Assembly (NCBI GenBank): GCA_002269645.1
Contig: NIVC01004591.1
Span: 1-41,096 of the forward strand
Source of the DNA: Macrostomum lignano
Lineage: Eukaryota
Direction: 5' to 3'
Length of the DNA: 41,096 nucleotides
In this document: positions 1-12,327 of the stretch, one piece after another
Layout: each line of letters starts with the position of its first letter
Position numbering within the stretch: position 1 is the first letter of the stretch
Program-made: the position numbers and the translations under genes
Notes under the pieces: generated by a model
Seen by the model: only the letters and a program-made list of their open reading frames with translations
Databases searched by the model: none
What the model was told of the DNA's origin: nothing

Positions 1-1337
1 CATTGCCATTCCACGAATTATAATTGGATCAGGTTGCGGCAATTGATCTAAGATAAACACGATCAATGTCGTCTTCATCAACGACATCGATTGCATCCAG
101 ATTGACACATTACTAGTCATTATTCAAAGAAAAAGGTAAACCAAATATCTGCCGAAAATTAGCTGAAATCAATCAAAAATCGTCACCCAACGGATTCAAA
201 CCGCAGATCTTAAAACTGGATCCAGTCCTTAAAACTGGATCTGTTTGAAATTTGTGTAGTGTTAACGTCTTTTAAAATACCTACCTAAACTAATAGAAGC
301 AATTAATACAATTATAGGTTTTAAGTTAATATCATACAGCAAAACTAGGCATGAATAAGATGAAGACTCAAGCTAGGTAATAGCGCGCGATTACCAGATT
401 TAACAAACAAAACAGCTTTAAACAGTTTTTTACTGGGTCAGATAAAGAAGTAAAAACACTTGTTTGCCAGTTATTTTTCTGTTTTCGTGATTGTCGTTAG
501 GTTCTTTCCAGGAAAATAAAAAAGTTAAAAATATTTACTTTAATTTAAACGTTAAACAACAAAAGAAACGTAGAAACATTATTGGTTTGGTAATGTTATG
601 AATGTTTTGCATATTTTGCAAAAGTTTTTTTCTGTGATGGAAATATACTTTGTATTCAGAATAACCTGATAAAACATTGTACTATTTACATTGGAAGGCT
701 GCTGTTTAACGTAAAGGTTTGGAAACATTTGCATCCCTCTAGTCTTGACATTTTGCTTTTATCTTGTTCATTTGAAGTCCTCCACTCAAGTAATGCAAGA
801 CTTTTTTGGCTTCTGTCGATTTCCTTGCTAGTATGCTCCGAAATCCATTTTATTTTATCAATTTAGTTATAATAGGGAAGAACTAAAACAATAAGTTCAT
901 CTAAACAATTTTAATTTTAATTTTAATTTTCAATTTTAATAAGTTTATCTAAACAACAATAAAGTGGAACTTTTTACCTTTCATATTTGTTAACATTTCA
1001 CTTTAGACAAGCTTCTTGATTTTATATTCATTTTAGAAAGATAGACAGGACATTTAAAAGACCAGTCTTGTCGTTGAATAATTTAAGAACTTTGTTTATG
1101 TGTCTTTTCGTTGTATATTCTGAATTAAAACTATTTGTATGGTATCTGTCTTTTGTAAAGCCTTTTGGATATTTCTGTATTATTTGGCCTAAGAGTTAAA
1201 AACAGAATTGCTTGTTCTTTTCAAAAAATTATATTTAAAAATGAATTGCACTCCTTTTTAAGCTTAAAGTTGCATTGTGGAAAATATGCAGCACCAATCC
1301 ACACTTTACAGCGCTATCAATCGCGAACCCTGTCATT

Positions 1338-2551
1338 ATGAACTTCGGTCGCAGCGCCGATCCATTCGGATTCAACAGCGTCGATCAGGACGTTGGCATG
1401 GGACTGCAGCGCGGCTTTGCTGTCGACTTTGACGCGGCCGCAGTTCAGCCGCCAGCAAATGCCAGCACAACCTTTGACGCCGACAATGGCACCAGCGGCT
1501 ACGGGATTGCCGCGTCCGACAGCCCCTACCGACTGGCTGAGCAGCAGCAGCAGCAGTCAGCAGCCGGAGACGACGAATTTGACTTTCAGCTGAACTTTGC
1601 CGACCAGCAGCAGGCAGCTCGGGAGCAGACCAACGAGCAGGAGCAGCAAAGTCGACTTGAGCCGATCGACCTACTAGCTGGATTGCGCAGCGATGAGGCG
1701 CCAACCGCTGATTCTATGGATGCTGGCGGGGCTGTCGAAATGGCAACTGGGACAGAAATTGAAGCAAAATCTGTCGAGATTAATAGCCCCGCTAAGAGTT
1801 CAACAACTGGTCCTGGGATGGTCCCACAACTGGTCCTACTGGTCCCACAACTGATCCTACTGGCCCTACAACTGGCCCTACAACTGGCCCTACAACTGGC
1901 CCTACAACTGGCCCTACAACTGGCCCTATAACTGATCCTACTGGCCCTACAACTGGTCCTACAACTGGCCCTACAACTGGCCCTACAACTGGCCCTATAA
2001 CTGATCCTACTGGCCCTACAACTGGTCCTACAACTGGTCCTACTGGTCCTACAACTGGCCCTACAACTGGTCCTAAAACTGGTCCTACTGGCTCTACAAC
2101 TGGCCCTACAACTGGCCCTACAACTGGCCCTACAACTGGCCCTATAACTGATCCTACTGGCCCTACAACTGGCCTACAACTGGTCCTACAACTGGTCCTA
2201 CTGGTCCTACAACTGGCCCTACAACTGGTCCTAAAACTGGTCCTACTGGCTCTACAACTGGCCCTACAACTGGCCCTACAACTGTTCCTACAACTGATCA
2301 TACTGGTCCTACAACTGGACCTACTACTGGTCCACTATCCAGTTATCCAAGTCCAGTCACTAAGTCGCTGGCAACCGCAGCCGCCTCAGCAGAGACCGAC
2401 TCGAGTAGCCCTTCAAAATATGCCACAGCCGCCACCGCGGCCAACTTCAGTGATGAAGCGCCTTCAGCGGAGCTGCAGCCCGAGCTCGAATCTGGTCATT
2501 CCGACTGGAATAATGTGCCGCAAGTAACGCTCAAATATGCCAAAGATGAAG
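1338..2551 (+). CDS. ELMOD3: ELMOD3-like gene, putative first coding exon: acidic low-complexity N-terminus plus (TGPT)n repeat; two apparent 1-bp deletions (~1817 and ~2174)
   Basis: ATG at 1338 (MNFGRSADPF...). Restoring one base at ggg[g]at (~1817) and one at ggc[c]ct (~2174) gives a continuous frame through GPTT repeats to ...WNNVPQVTLKYAKDE. It ends at a phase-1 donor G|GTGAG (2551/2552) that joins in frame to g|tg GAA GAC (V-EDESDEE) at 3706. Confidence 0.6.
1806..2335 (+). repeat. Coding minisatellite, 12-bp (ACT GGY CCT ACA) and 9-bp units = TGPT/TGP
   Basis: About 40 units. Unit lengths are multiples of 3 and variation is mostly ggc/ggt and cct/ccc, with occasional GAT (Asp) and ATA (Ile). 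Confidence 0.9.
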
Positions 2552-2891
2552 GTGAGATTATTTGGCCTTGCTTTTCCAGAAAAGTACAACTGCTGAGCTA
2601 GGCAGATTCATGGGCTGCACGGGCTGCTTTTGACTAAAAAAAGCTTCGCAAAAAATCTGTGCAGAAATGAGACGCGCTTTGCTAAAGGATCCCTGTACAA
2701 CAATACAATAGTGTGACAATACGTAAAAATGAAAGATCGTGTAACTTTTTGAGGACCAAATTCCTGGAAAAATACACTGCGGAGATAGGAAAAAATCATA
2801 TTAATGATTGCATCTGATCTGGGGCAGTGAAGATTGTCATTCTTTTAACTGGCAATTTTATGTTTAGCCGTGTAGTAAAGCTTAAATTTTC

Positions 2892-3551
2892 GGGATAGCG
2901 ACGTTTGCCTGCGGGACGCTTGCCAGCCGACGTTTGCCTGCGGGACGTTTGCCAGCCGACGTTTGCCTGCGGGACGTTTGCCAGCCGACGTTTGCCTGCG
3001 GGACGTTTGCCAGCCGACGTTTGCCTGCGGACGTTTGCCAGCCGACGTTTGCCTGCCGGAAGTTTGCCAGCCAAAATTTGCTAGCCAATATAAAGCCAGT
3101 CAGTGAAAAATTTGATACTGAAATATTCGCAGTTTAGCGGTTTGACAAAAACCGTTTTTACTCCAACTTTTTGACGGTTATTCGCATATATACAAGTTTG
3201 AAAGCAAAATATATAAATTATGCAGTTCATCAGTCTAACGTCTAATATCTAGTTTACCAACGATTTTGGCTCAACATATCAAAAGATGAACATTGGGTTT
3301 ATATATTTTGCTTTCAAACTTGTATATATGCGAATAACTGTCAAAAAGTTGGAGTAAAAATGGTTTTTGTCAAACCGCTAAACTGCGAATATTTCAGTAT
3401 CAAATTTTTCACTGACTGGCTTTATATTGGCTAGCAAATTTTGGCTGGCAAACTTCCGGCAGGCAAATGTCGGCTGGCAAACGTCGGCTGGCAAATGTCG
3501 GCTGGCAAACGTCCCGCAGGCAAACGTCCCGCAGGCAAACGTCGTAGACCC
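2892..3551. mobile_element. Non-autonomous foldback / MULE-like DNA element, copy 1 (660 bp, near-palindromic)
   Basis: Termini GGGATAGCGACGTTTGCC...GGCAAACGTCGTAGACCC. Arms of ~300 bp are inverted and built of 14/15-bp ACGTTTGCC repeats plus a ~130-bp unique inverted segment. Flanked by direct AAATTTTC (2884-2891, 3552-3559). Confidence 0.85.
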
Positions 3552-3705
3552 AAATTTTCATATAATATTTTCTTGCCATTTCATAATCTCCTGCTATACT
3601 ACGAGTGCAGTGGTCCTTGGCAATTTTTTTAAAAGCTAGTTTTTCAAAATTCTTCTAAAAAAAGATTTTTTTCATCTTGTTAAACTGCAATAAATTTTCA
3701 AACAG

Positions 3706-3952
3706 TGGAAGACGAGTCGGACGAGGAGAGGAGGCGTCTGCAGCAGCCGTCGGGCAGGCGCTCCGGCCGCCAGCCTGGCCGAGTGCGTGGCCCACTTCGA
3801 AGCGGCAGGAATTCTCGGACAGTACAGGGCCGGCATTCAAACCCGGGTGGAGCAGAGGGGCCTGGCCGCGCTGCGCAACTTTCTGTGCGGGCCGCCCCGC
3901 CTGAGGGGGGCGTTGAGAGACCGGAGAGACTTCGTGTTCTGCCTGGCCTGCT
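3706..3952 (+). CDS. ELMOD3: ELMOD3-like exon 2; 5' part needs a frame correction (two missing bases or one extra base)
   Basis: Acceptor ttttcaaacag|TG, donor CT|GTGAGC. Translation ASLAECVAHFEAAGILGQYRAGIQTRVEQRGLAALRNFLCGPPRLRGALRDRRDFVFCLAC resembles ELMOD3 (RTGLAALRHYLFGPPKL...ERDLVLTIAQ). Confidence 0.8.
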
Positions 3953-3978
3953 GTGAGCGTGGCAAAGGCGATTTTCGA

Positions 3979-4447
3979 CAGATACCCAATGAGGCACCCA
4001 CAGATACCCAATGAGGCACCCACAGATACCCAATGAGGCACTCCACAGATACCCCATGAGGCACCCCACAGATACCCAATGAGGCACCCCACAGATACCC
4101 AATGAGGCACCCCACAGATACCCAATGAGGCACCCCACAGATACCCAATGAGGCGTCTCACAGATACCCAATGAGGCATCTCACAGATACCCAATGAGGC
4201 ATCTCACAGATACCCAATGAGTCATCTCACAGATACCCAATGAGGCACCCCACAGATACCCAATGACCCAATGAGGCACCCACAGATACCCAATGAGGCA
4301 CCCACAGATACCCAATGAGGCACCCACAGATACCCAATGAGGCACCCACAGATACCCAATGAGGCACCCACAGATACCAATGAGGCGTCTCACAGATACC
4401 CAATGAGGCACCCCACAAATACCCAATGAGGCACCCCACAGATACCC
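3979..4447. repeat. Intronic minisatellite, 22-23 bp (CAGATACCCAATGAGGCACCC[C]A)
   Basis: About 21 tandem units in ELMOD3 intron 2. Confidence 0.95.
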
Positions 4448-4539
4448 TGTAGGTTGCAACAGATAGCTAAAAAAGAGTTTGCCACCCCCTGACACTCAGC
4501 TTAACACCCCTGAAACAACAACTTGACACCGCATTTCAG

Positions 4540-4664
4540 GTCCGTTCGACGAGCGAGACGAAGTTCACCAGCGGATGCTTGCCACGGTGTACCGCGGCCT
4601 CCTGCAAGACCCTCGCCGGCCGTGTCCCAGATTCGGTGCCCACTGGGAGGCTGTCGGCTTTCAA
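4540..4664 (+). CDS. ELMOD3: ELMOD3-like exon 3
   Basis: catttcag|GT...TTTCAA|GTGAG. Encodes (C)PFDERDEVHQRMLATVYRGLLQDPRRPCPRFGAHWEAVGFQ, the ELMO-domain W-x-x-x-GFQ motif. Phases 1 in, 0 out fit the neighbouring exons. Not in the ORF track. Confidence 0.9.
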
Positions 4665-4838
4665 GTGAGCCTTTTTGATTCCATTTTTACTTATTTTCTA
4701 CGTGTTGCTAGTGAAGTCTAGTTATGCTACTGAGTGTATTCAGTTAGTAGGCGATTTTGCAAACGGCCGCTATTTCTTGAAAACAGACGCACTTTCCGGA
4801 TAGTTGTAATTTGGAATACCATAATTTAGCCATTGAAA

Positions 4839-5355
4839 GAGGATGGGAATCGAGGATGGGAATCGAGGATGGGGAATCGAGGATGGGGAATCGAGGATGG
4901 GGAATCGAGGATGGGGAATCGAGGATGGGAATCGAGGATGGGAATCGAGGATGGGAATCGAGGATGGGAATCGAGGATGGGGAATCGAGGATGGGGAATC
5001 GAGGATGGGGAATCGAGGATGGGGAATCGAGGATGGGAATCGAGGATGGGGAATCGAGGATGGGGAATCGAGGATGGGGAATCGAGGATGGGAATCGAGG
5101 ATGGGGAATCGAGGATGGGGAATCGAGGATGGGGAATCGAGGATGGGGAATCGAGGATGGGGAATCGAGGATGGGGAATCGAGGATGGGGAATCGAGGAT
5201 GGGGAATCGAGGATGGGGAATCGAGGAATCGAGGATGGGGAATCGAGGATGGGAACGATGGGGAATCGAGGAGGGGAATCGAGGATGGGGAATCGAGGAT
5301 GGGAATCGAGGATGGGGAATCGAGGATGGGGAATCGAGGATGGGAATCGAGGAAT
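4839..5355. repeat. Intronic minisatellite, 14-15 bp (GGG[G]AATCGAGGAT)
   Basis: About 35 units in ELMOD3 intron 3, ending ~30 bp before the acceptor. Confidence 0.95.
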
Positions 5356-5384
5356 CCACCGCATCATTTCGCCAACCGCCGCAG

Positions 5385-5721
5385 GGCAGCGACCCCAGCA
5401 CTGACCTTCGCGGCTGCGGCATGCTGGGCCCGCTCTGCCTGCTGCACCTGGTGACGTCACCGCGCCTCGCCAGCCTCCGCGCCGACGCTTTCCGCCTATC
5501 GCTAGACGCCGAGCAGAATTATCCATTCTGCGTGATGAGCATCAACCTGACCAGAGCTGTGCTCATCGCCCTGCGGCACCAGAGTCTGAATCGCCTCATC
5601 AACTCCAGCGGAGACCCTTTGGCAACGTTTTTGGACGTCTACGCCGCGTTGCTGCAGCGCCTGCACACCGTCTGGCGGTCGGGCGGCAAGACCATCATGG
5701 ACTCCGGCTTTGTTGTGCGCG
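5385..5721 (+). CDS. ELMOD3: ELMOD3-like exon 4 (core ELMO/CED-12 domain)
   Basis: ccgcag|GGC AGC GAC CCC. GSDPSTDLRGCGMLGPLCLLHL...QNYPFCVMSINLT...LHTVWRSGGKTIMDSGFVVR matches the ELMO-domain G-x-DP-x-TD-L/F-RG motif and ELMOD3 FPFCLMSVNIT / KTISDSGFVL. Donor G|GTGAG at 5721/5722. Confidence 0.92.
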
Positions 5722-5728
5722 GTGAGCC

Positions 5729-6190
5729 CGCTCCGCCCCCATTCAGCTCCGCTCCGCCCCCATTCAGCTCCGCTCCGCTCCGCCCCATTCCGCTCCGCTC
5801 CGCCCCCATTCAGCTCCGCTCCGCCCCCATTCAGCTCCGCTCCGCCCCCATTCAGCTCCGCTCCGCCCCCATTCCGCTCCGCTCCGCCCCCATTCAGCTC
5901 CGCTCCGCCCCCATTCCGCTCCGCTCCGCCCCCATTCAGCTCCGCTCCGCCCCCATTCAGCTCCGCTCCCCCCATTCAGCTCCGCTCCGCCCCCATTCAG
6001 CTCCGCTCCGCCCCCATTCAGCTCCGCTCCGCCCCCATTCCGCTCCGCTCCGCCCCATTCAGCTCCGCTCCGCCCCCATTCAGCTCCGCTCCGCCCCATT
6101 CAGCTCCGCTCCGCCCCCATTCAGCTCCGCTCCGCCCCCATTCCGTTCCGCTCCGCCTCCATTTAGCTCCGCCCTATTCCGCTCCCATTC
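5729..6190. repeat. Intronic minisatellite, ~21 bp (GCTCCGCTCCGCCCCCATTCA)
   Basis: About 22 units starting 7 bp after the exon 4 donor. Confidence 0.95.
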
Positions 6191-6727
6191 CGCTCTCATC
6201 CTATCGCTAACTAATTTCCTTACTCAATATCCAAGAGGGGGTAAAGAACCGCGTAGAGATTCAAATTGCCTTGAGAATCCATGTTGATAAAGCTCACACT
6301 CAGTCTTGCATTAGACTAGAACTCAAGTAGATCATCAGAGGCGCTGTACTTTAAGAGATCAGACCTCACCAGAATTCGACACAAAATTTATATGCAACGT
6401 GCAAAGAAAGAAAAATCGAAGGGCTTATTATAAGCTACTCTCAATAGGCAAGGCGAAGTAGGCGTTGCATTGGCTAGAAAAAACTTATCATTGTTTTACG
6501 CAGGTGAGGCGGAGACAGACAGACAGGCAGGTACAGAGACGGTAAGATGGCCAGTGGGGATTAGGTTGACATCTTACAAAGTCAGCTGTTGCCCATAATA
6601 ATTAGAGGAAAAGCAGCGCGCTCGCACAGCAGGGGAGGCAGAAATGTTGAGCTCAACAATAGTTACGCCAAAACTAATGATTTATTTTTGAATTGTGAAG
6701 CTGACTGAAGCAATGCTTTATTAACAG

Positions 6728-6879
6728 ACCTGGAGACCGCCTGCATCAGGAACCCGGAGGCGCTTCTCAGAGAACTGCAGCAGCCGACAGCAGAGGGCGA
6801 CGTGAACGGCGGTTTCACCGGCCAGGGCGGCGCTGCGAAAGTGAACTCGGACAATTTCGTGGATCTCTGCAGCGACTGA
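6728..6879 (+). CDS. ELMOD3: ELMOD3-like terminal exon
   Basis: ttaacag|AC CTG GAG. Phase-1 join gives DLETACIRNPEALLRELQ...NFVDLCSD*, with TGA ending at 6879. Continues the ELMOD3-like helix after SGFVVR. Confidence 0.8.
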
Positions 6880-7548
6880 TTAAAGAAGAAACATTAAATA
6901 GCTTAATATTCTGCATTTCCTGCCTGCATGACGTTTTGTGGTATCCAATGACCGGTCGTTCGGGATTCAATTGCTGCTTGGTCATCGCTGCGTGACGGGA
7001 GATCGGAGGTGCATTTCTTATTTTCTTTGCGTTATTGATTGTTGCGATTCGACGGGCCTAGGCAGGGATCTGGGAATCACGTATTACCATCAAGATATCA
7101 GGATGCATAGCGAGCGGCAGTTCCAGGCCCAGTACCCTTCACATCATCCCTTTTCTAAGAAATTGTGTATCGGATACATCCTTGAGAGTGTTTCTCTTTG
7201 ACTGAGCAAGATTTCATGTTGCTTTCTTCCCGCAGGCAGGACTAAAATTTTCCTCTTTGAAATATTTTGCCCCGAGGAAAATCTCATGACCGGATGAGAA
7301 ATGCTGGTAAAAAATTTTTATTTAGAAGACGTTTTATATGATTCAATGCCGTCCGTTTTATTGATTGATCGCTTCAAATCATTTATAGCCTCGAGCGAAG
7401 GCCCAATGCCCTATGCTTGTGCTAATGTATAATATACCATGCTCAGCTTCTGTGTTGCGCTCTGGTGCCGTCCGGTGTTCGTGCCGACACACAAAATAGT
7501 ACTGATTGATTTGTTGGGTTTTTCTATTATTATCCTATCTATTTTCTG

Positions 7549-8446
<898 letters not shown>

Positions 8447-8954
8447 AATGGAAACTTTCTCTACTCATTCAAAACACGCGATCCTGTTTCCTGAGGCACA
8501 CATCGCTTCCCTTCCCTCTGCCTATTCCTTATGAACAGATGGGACAGAGGCTTTAAAGGCGAAGAACAATAGGCAATTGCAAAAAAATGTTTGCTGCGAA
8601 AAATGCCAAACTAGCTCAGTTGTGCAGAAATGCAGAAATACTGAAACCGGGGCAGAAAATGCAATGCAAAATGCAATGCAAAAAAACTCTGTGCTCAGCC
8701 AATGACTGCCGATGTCCACTACTGAGGAAGGGCATTGGTTATCAGCTGATGTACAGGCGCCGGTGTTTCAAGGATACTAAAAAGCAACAAACTAAGGACT
8801 GCCTGCTGCGCTGTCTAACAGAGTAATTTATTGAAATATCGACGTAAAATCCTTCCTTTCAAACCTTGACTTCGCCGAGGCGCAGGTTGTTGTCTAATTT
8901 TTAATTGTTGCTTGAGCAGATTGATCTACAGTAAGTTTTGTATTCTATTGTCAC

Positions 8955-9120
<166 letters not shown>

Positions 9121-9376
9121 GCAGCACACTTTCACAAATTAGAGTTACCGCACCCGCTCTCTGTGAATTAATGTCTTTACTCTCATTAATCGAAGGATGC
9201 TAAATCAGCCAACAGAACACTGATCCCACCTGTTCGCACCTGTCTCCTTCATTTTGCAAAACGGATCTCAGGTGAACGACAGAATTTCGCGATCTCAGCC
9301 TCTCTCCCCGAAAACACAAGATCTCAATCCTAGTCAGGGATTAATGAAGTTTGCTGAGCGCTTGCTGAAGTTTGCG

Positions 9377-9651
<275 letters not shown>

Positions 9652-10144
9652 AGAAACTTGAGTCTATGTATACTTGTTCAATATTATCGTCTAGCAAGTA
9701 TGATTTGTTTCGTATAGAAGCGTGGTTTATCGCAACAGATCCGTTAATCATTAAACCTGTCATCATGCATTACTGACTAATGCAACGCAATTAAGTGGCA
9801 ATCCTTTCGTAGCACCTGGGACCTTTCTGGCTTCATTTCGCCATTCGGTTTTTTGCTAACAGAACTAGAATATACTCTCGACCCGTGTCTAAAAAGTCAA
9901 TAAAATAAAAAAATCTATTAAGCGAGCAATCCTATTAAAAATCAGAACCGTGTGCTAGAAATCCTGTTCTGCAATCACAATAGTTGCTTTGAACTTCTCT
10001 AATAAATTGTCTTTTAAGCTGAGATTTTTACTTAAGATAGCCTTACTTAAATTACTGGCTTGGCTTGCAGTCTGTGGGAAAGTGCAGTGGCTTAACCATT
10101 AGACATAATTGTCTGTCTATCAGTCTGTCTGTCAGTCTGTCGGT

Positions 10145-10412
10145 CATAGACAAGCTGGATAGGCTGTGCCATCATAGGTTGGATAGGTTGGGCCATAGAC
10201 ATAGGTTGAATAGGTTGGGCCATAGACAGGCTGGATAGGCTGAGCCATAGACATAGGTTGGATAGGCTGTGCCATAGACAGGCTGGATATGCTGAGCGAT
10301 AGACATAGGTTGGATAGGTTGGGCCATAGACATAGGTTGGATAGGTTGGGCCATAGACATAGGTTGGATAGGTTGGGCCATAGACATAGGTTGGATAGGC
10401 TGGGCCATAGAC
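10145..10412. repeat. 27-bp minisatellite (CATAGACATAGGTTGGATAGGTTGGGC)
   Basis: About 10 units; 9-aa periodicity in shadow ORFs. Confidence 0.9.
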
Positions 10413-10997
10413 GCAGAATGTCTGACTGAGAAACTGGACTGAGTGGCAAGCAAGCCTTGGATCACGGACTGCTGAAGTAGAAGGACGCTATTATTGTTTG
10501 CTCCTGGGAAAATATTATATCGTTCAAAGTTTTAATTATAAATATACACTGGCCTAATGGCTATGATCATTCGAGGGTTTATTTTGAAAGAGATTACAGC
10601 AAGGCAGAGGCGAACACACAAAGGTCCAGTTTGAAAGGGTTTATCTCAAGAGCTGAGTTCCCTAAGTAGCAAAGCTGCTGCTTAAGGTTAGCCAAGGAGG
10701 GATTTTCTTACCCCCTCCCCTGAAGAGAGAGCTCAATGTTCGGAGCAGAGTCTTCGCAAGAAATGGGTAAGATTTCACCGATTAGCTGCTACTTGAGCCT
10801 CGAAAGCAGGGTATGTTTTTTGTTAATAGTGAGACTGCTGTGCTTCATAGGGCATATAAAGCTTTATAGAGAGTGAATTCAAAGCAAGTGAAGCAGTGAG
10901 CTGAGAGCACTTTTGCATTTATACTTGCGTTTGCAACTATTTTGTAGCGCAATCCATCTTCAAGTAGCTGATTTTGAAAATTCACGACTTTTCCGTC

Positions 10998-11258
10998 CGT
11001 GACTAGCATGACTCATCAGTTCGTGACTAGCATGACTCATCAGTTCGTGACTAGCATGACTCATCAGTTCATGACTAGAATGACTCATCAGTATGTGACT
11101 AGCATGACTCATCAGTATGTGACTAGCATGACTCATCAGTCCGTGACTAGCATGACTCATCAGTCCGTGACTAGCATGACTCATCAGTCTGTGACTAGCA
11201 TGACTCATCAGTCCGTGACTAGCATGACTCATCAGTCTGGGACTAGCAGGACTCATGA
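10998..11258. repeat. 24-bp minisatellite (GTGACTAGCATGACTCATCAGTYY) containing ATGACTCAT in most units
   Basis: About 11 units; 8-aa periodicity in shadow ORFs. Confidence 0.93.
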
Positions 11259-11922
11259 CCCCATGTCTCATGAATTTAATGAAAAATTGGTCACAAGGCT
11301 AAAAATATTACCCAGTAAAATTGCTGTCGTTTAAGAATCCCCCCCTCGAAGCGAAATTCCGGTCCGCTGCTAGCAGGCAGTGTTGATGAAAGGTCCTCTA
11401 CTTTTACTTCGCCTGTGTGTGCAGTTTTGCAGCTGCTTGCTTGGGGAAAGAAGATTGCTCACCAGACGGCGCGGCATCCATTAAGTCACCAGGCTCCAGC
11501 CGCTCGCTGAGAGCTCTCGCTCTCTGCCTGCTTCCCCAACACTTTCGCACTTGTCGCTAGTGGTGAGGGAGGGACGGTGGACAGGGGGGGGGGGCAGGAG
11601 AGCCGCACTCCGGCTGCATCCTGGGAATTCTTTGCAGCAAAAAAGGAGGCGGTCAAGCAGCCGTTTCTGCTGCGGCAGCCAAGCAAAAAAAACTGGCCCG
11701 GGTGAGCTGCGGCCGGCCTGAGATAATGGAGTTCACAGCCGGTGGGGGAGAGCGCATAAACAGCTGAGCACGCGGCCATTTCTGCAAAGCTGCTCCAATG
11801 CTAGCCTTCAGAGAAGGAGAAAGAGGTGACAGCGTGATAAATAGGACATGGAAAGAGATTTACGAGGGCATCAATACCGACGGTGTGCTGACAGTGAGGC
11901 ATACAAAAAATATGCGAAAAAC

Positions 11923-12327
<405 letters not shown>

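Noticed and set aside
1792-2301. - strand (VGPV)n ORF and + strand LQLA ORF tail
   Set aside because: These are shadow frames of the TGPT coding repeat. Third-position variation fits the TGPT frame.
4833-6287. 484-aa ORF
   Set aside because: It is a chimera of intron 3 repeat, true exon 4 and intron 4 repeat. Splice sites at 5385 and 5721 explain the real coding part.
10998-11060. Hammerhead-like CTGATGAG...CGAA on the - strand of the 24-bp repeat
   Set aside because: Stem II is mismatched, there is no GAAA or stem III/NUH, the unit is too short, and CGAA occurs in only about two units.
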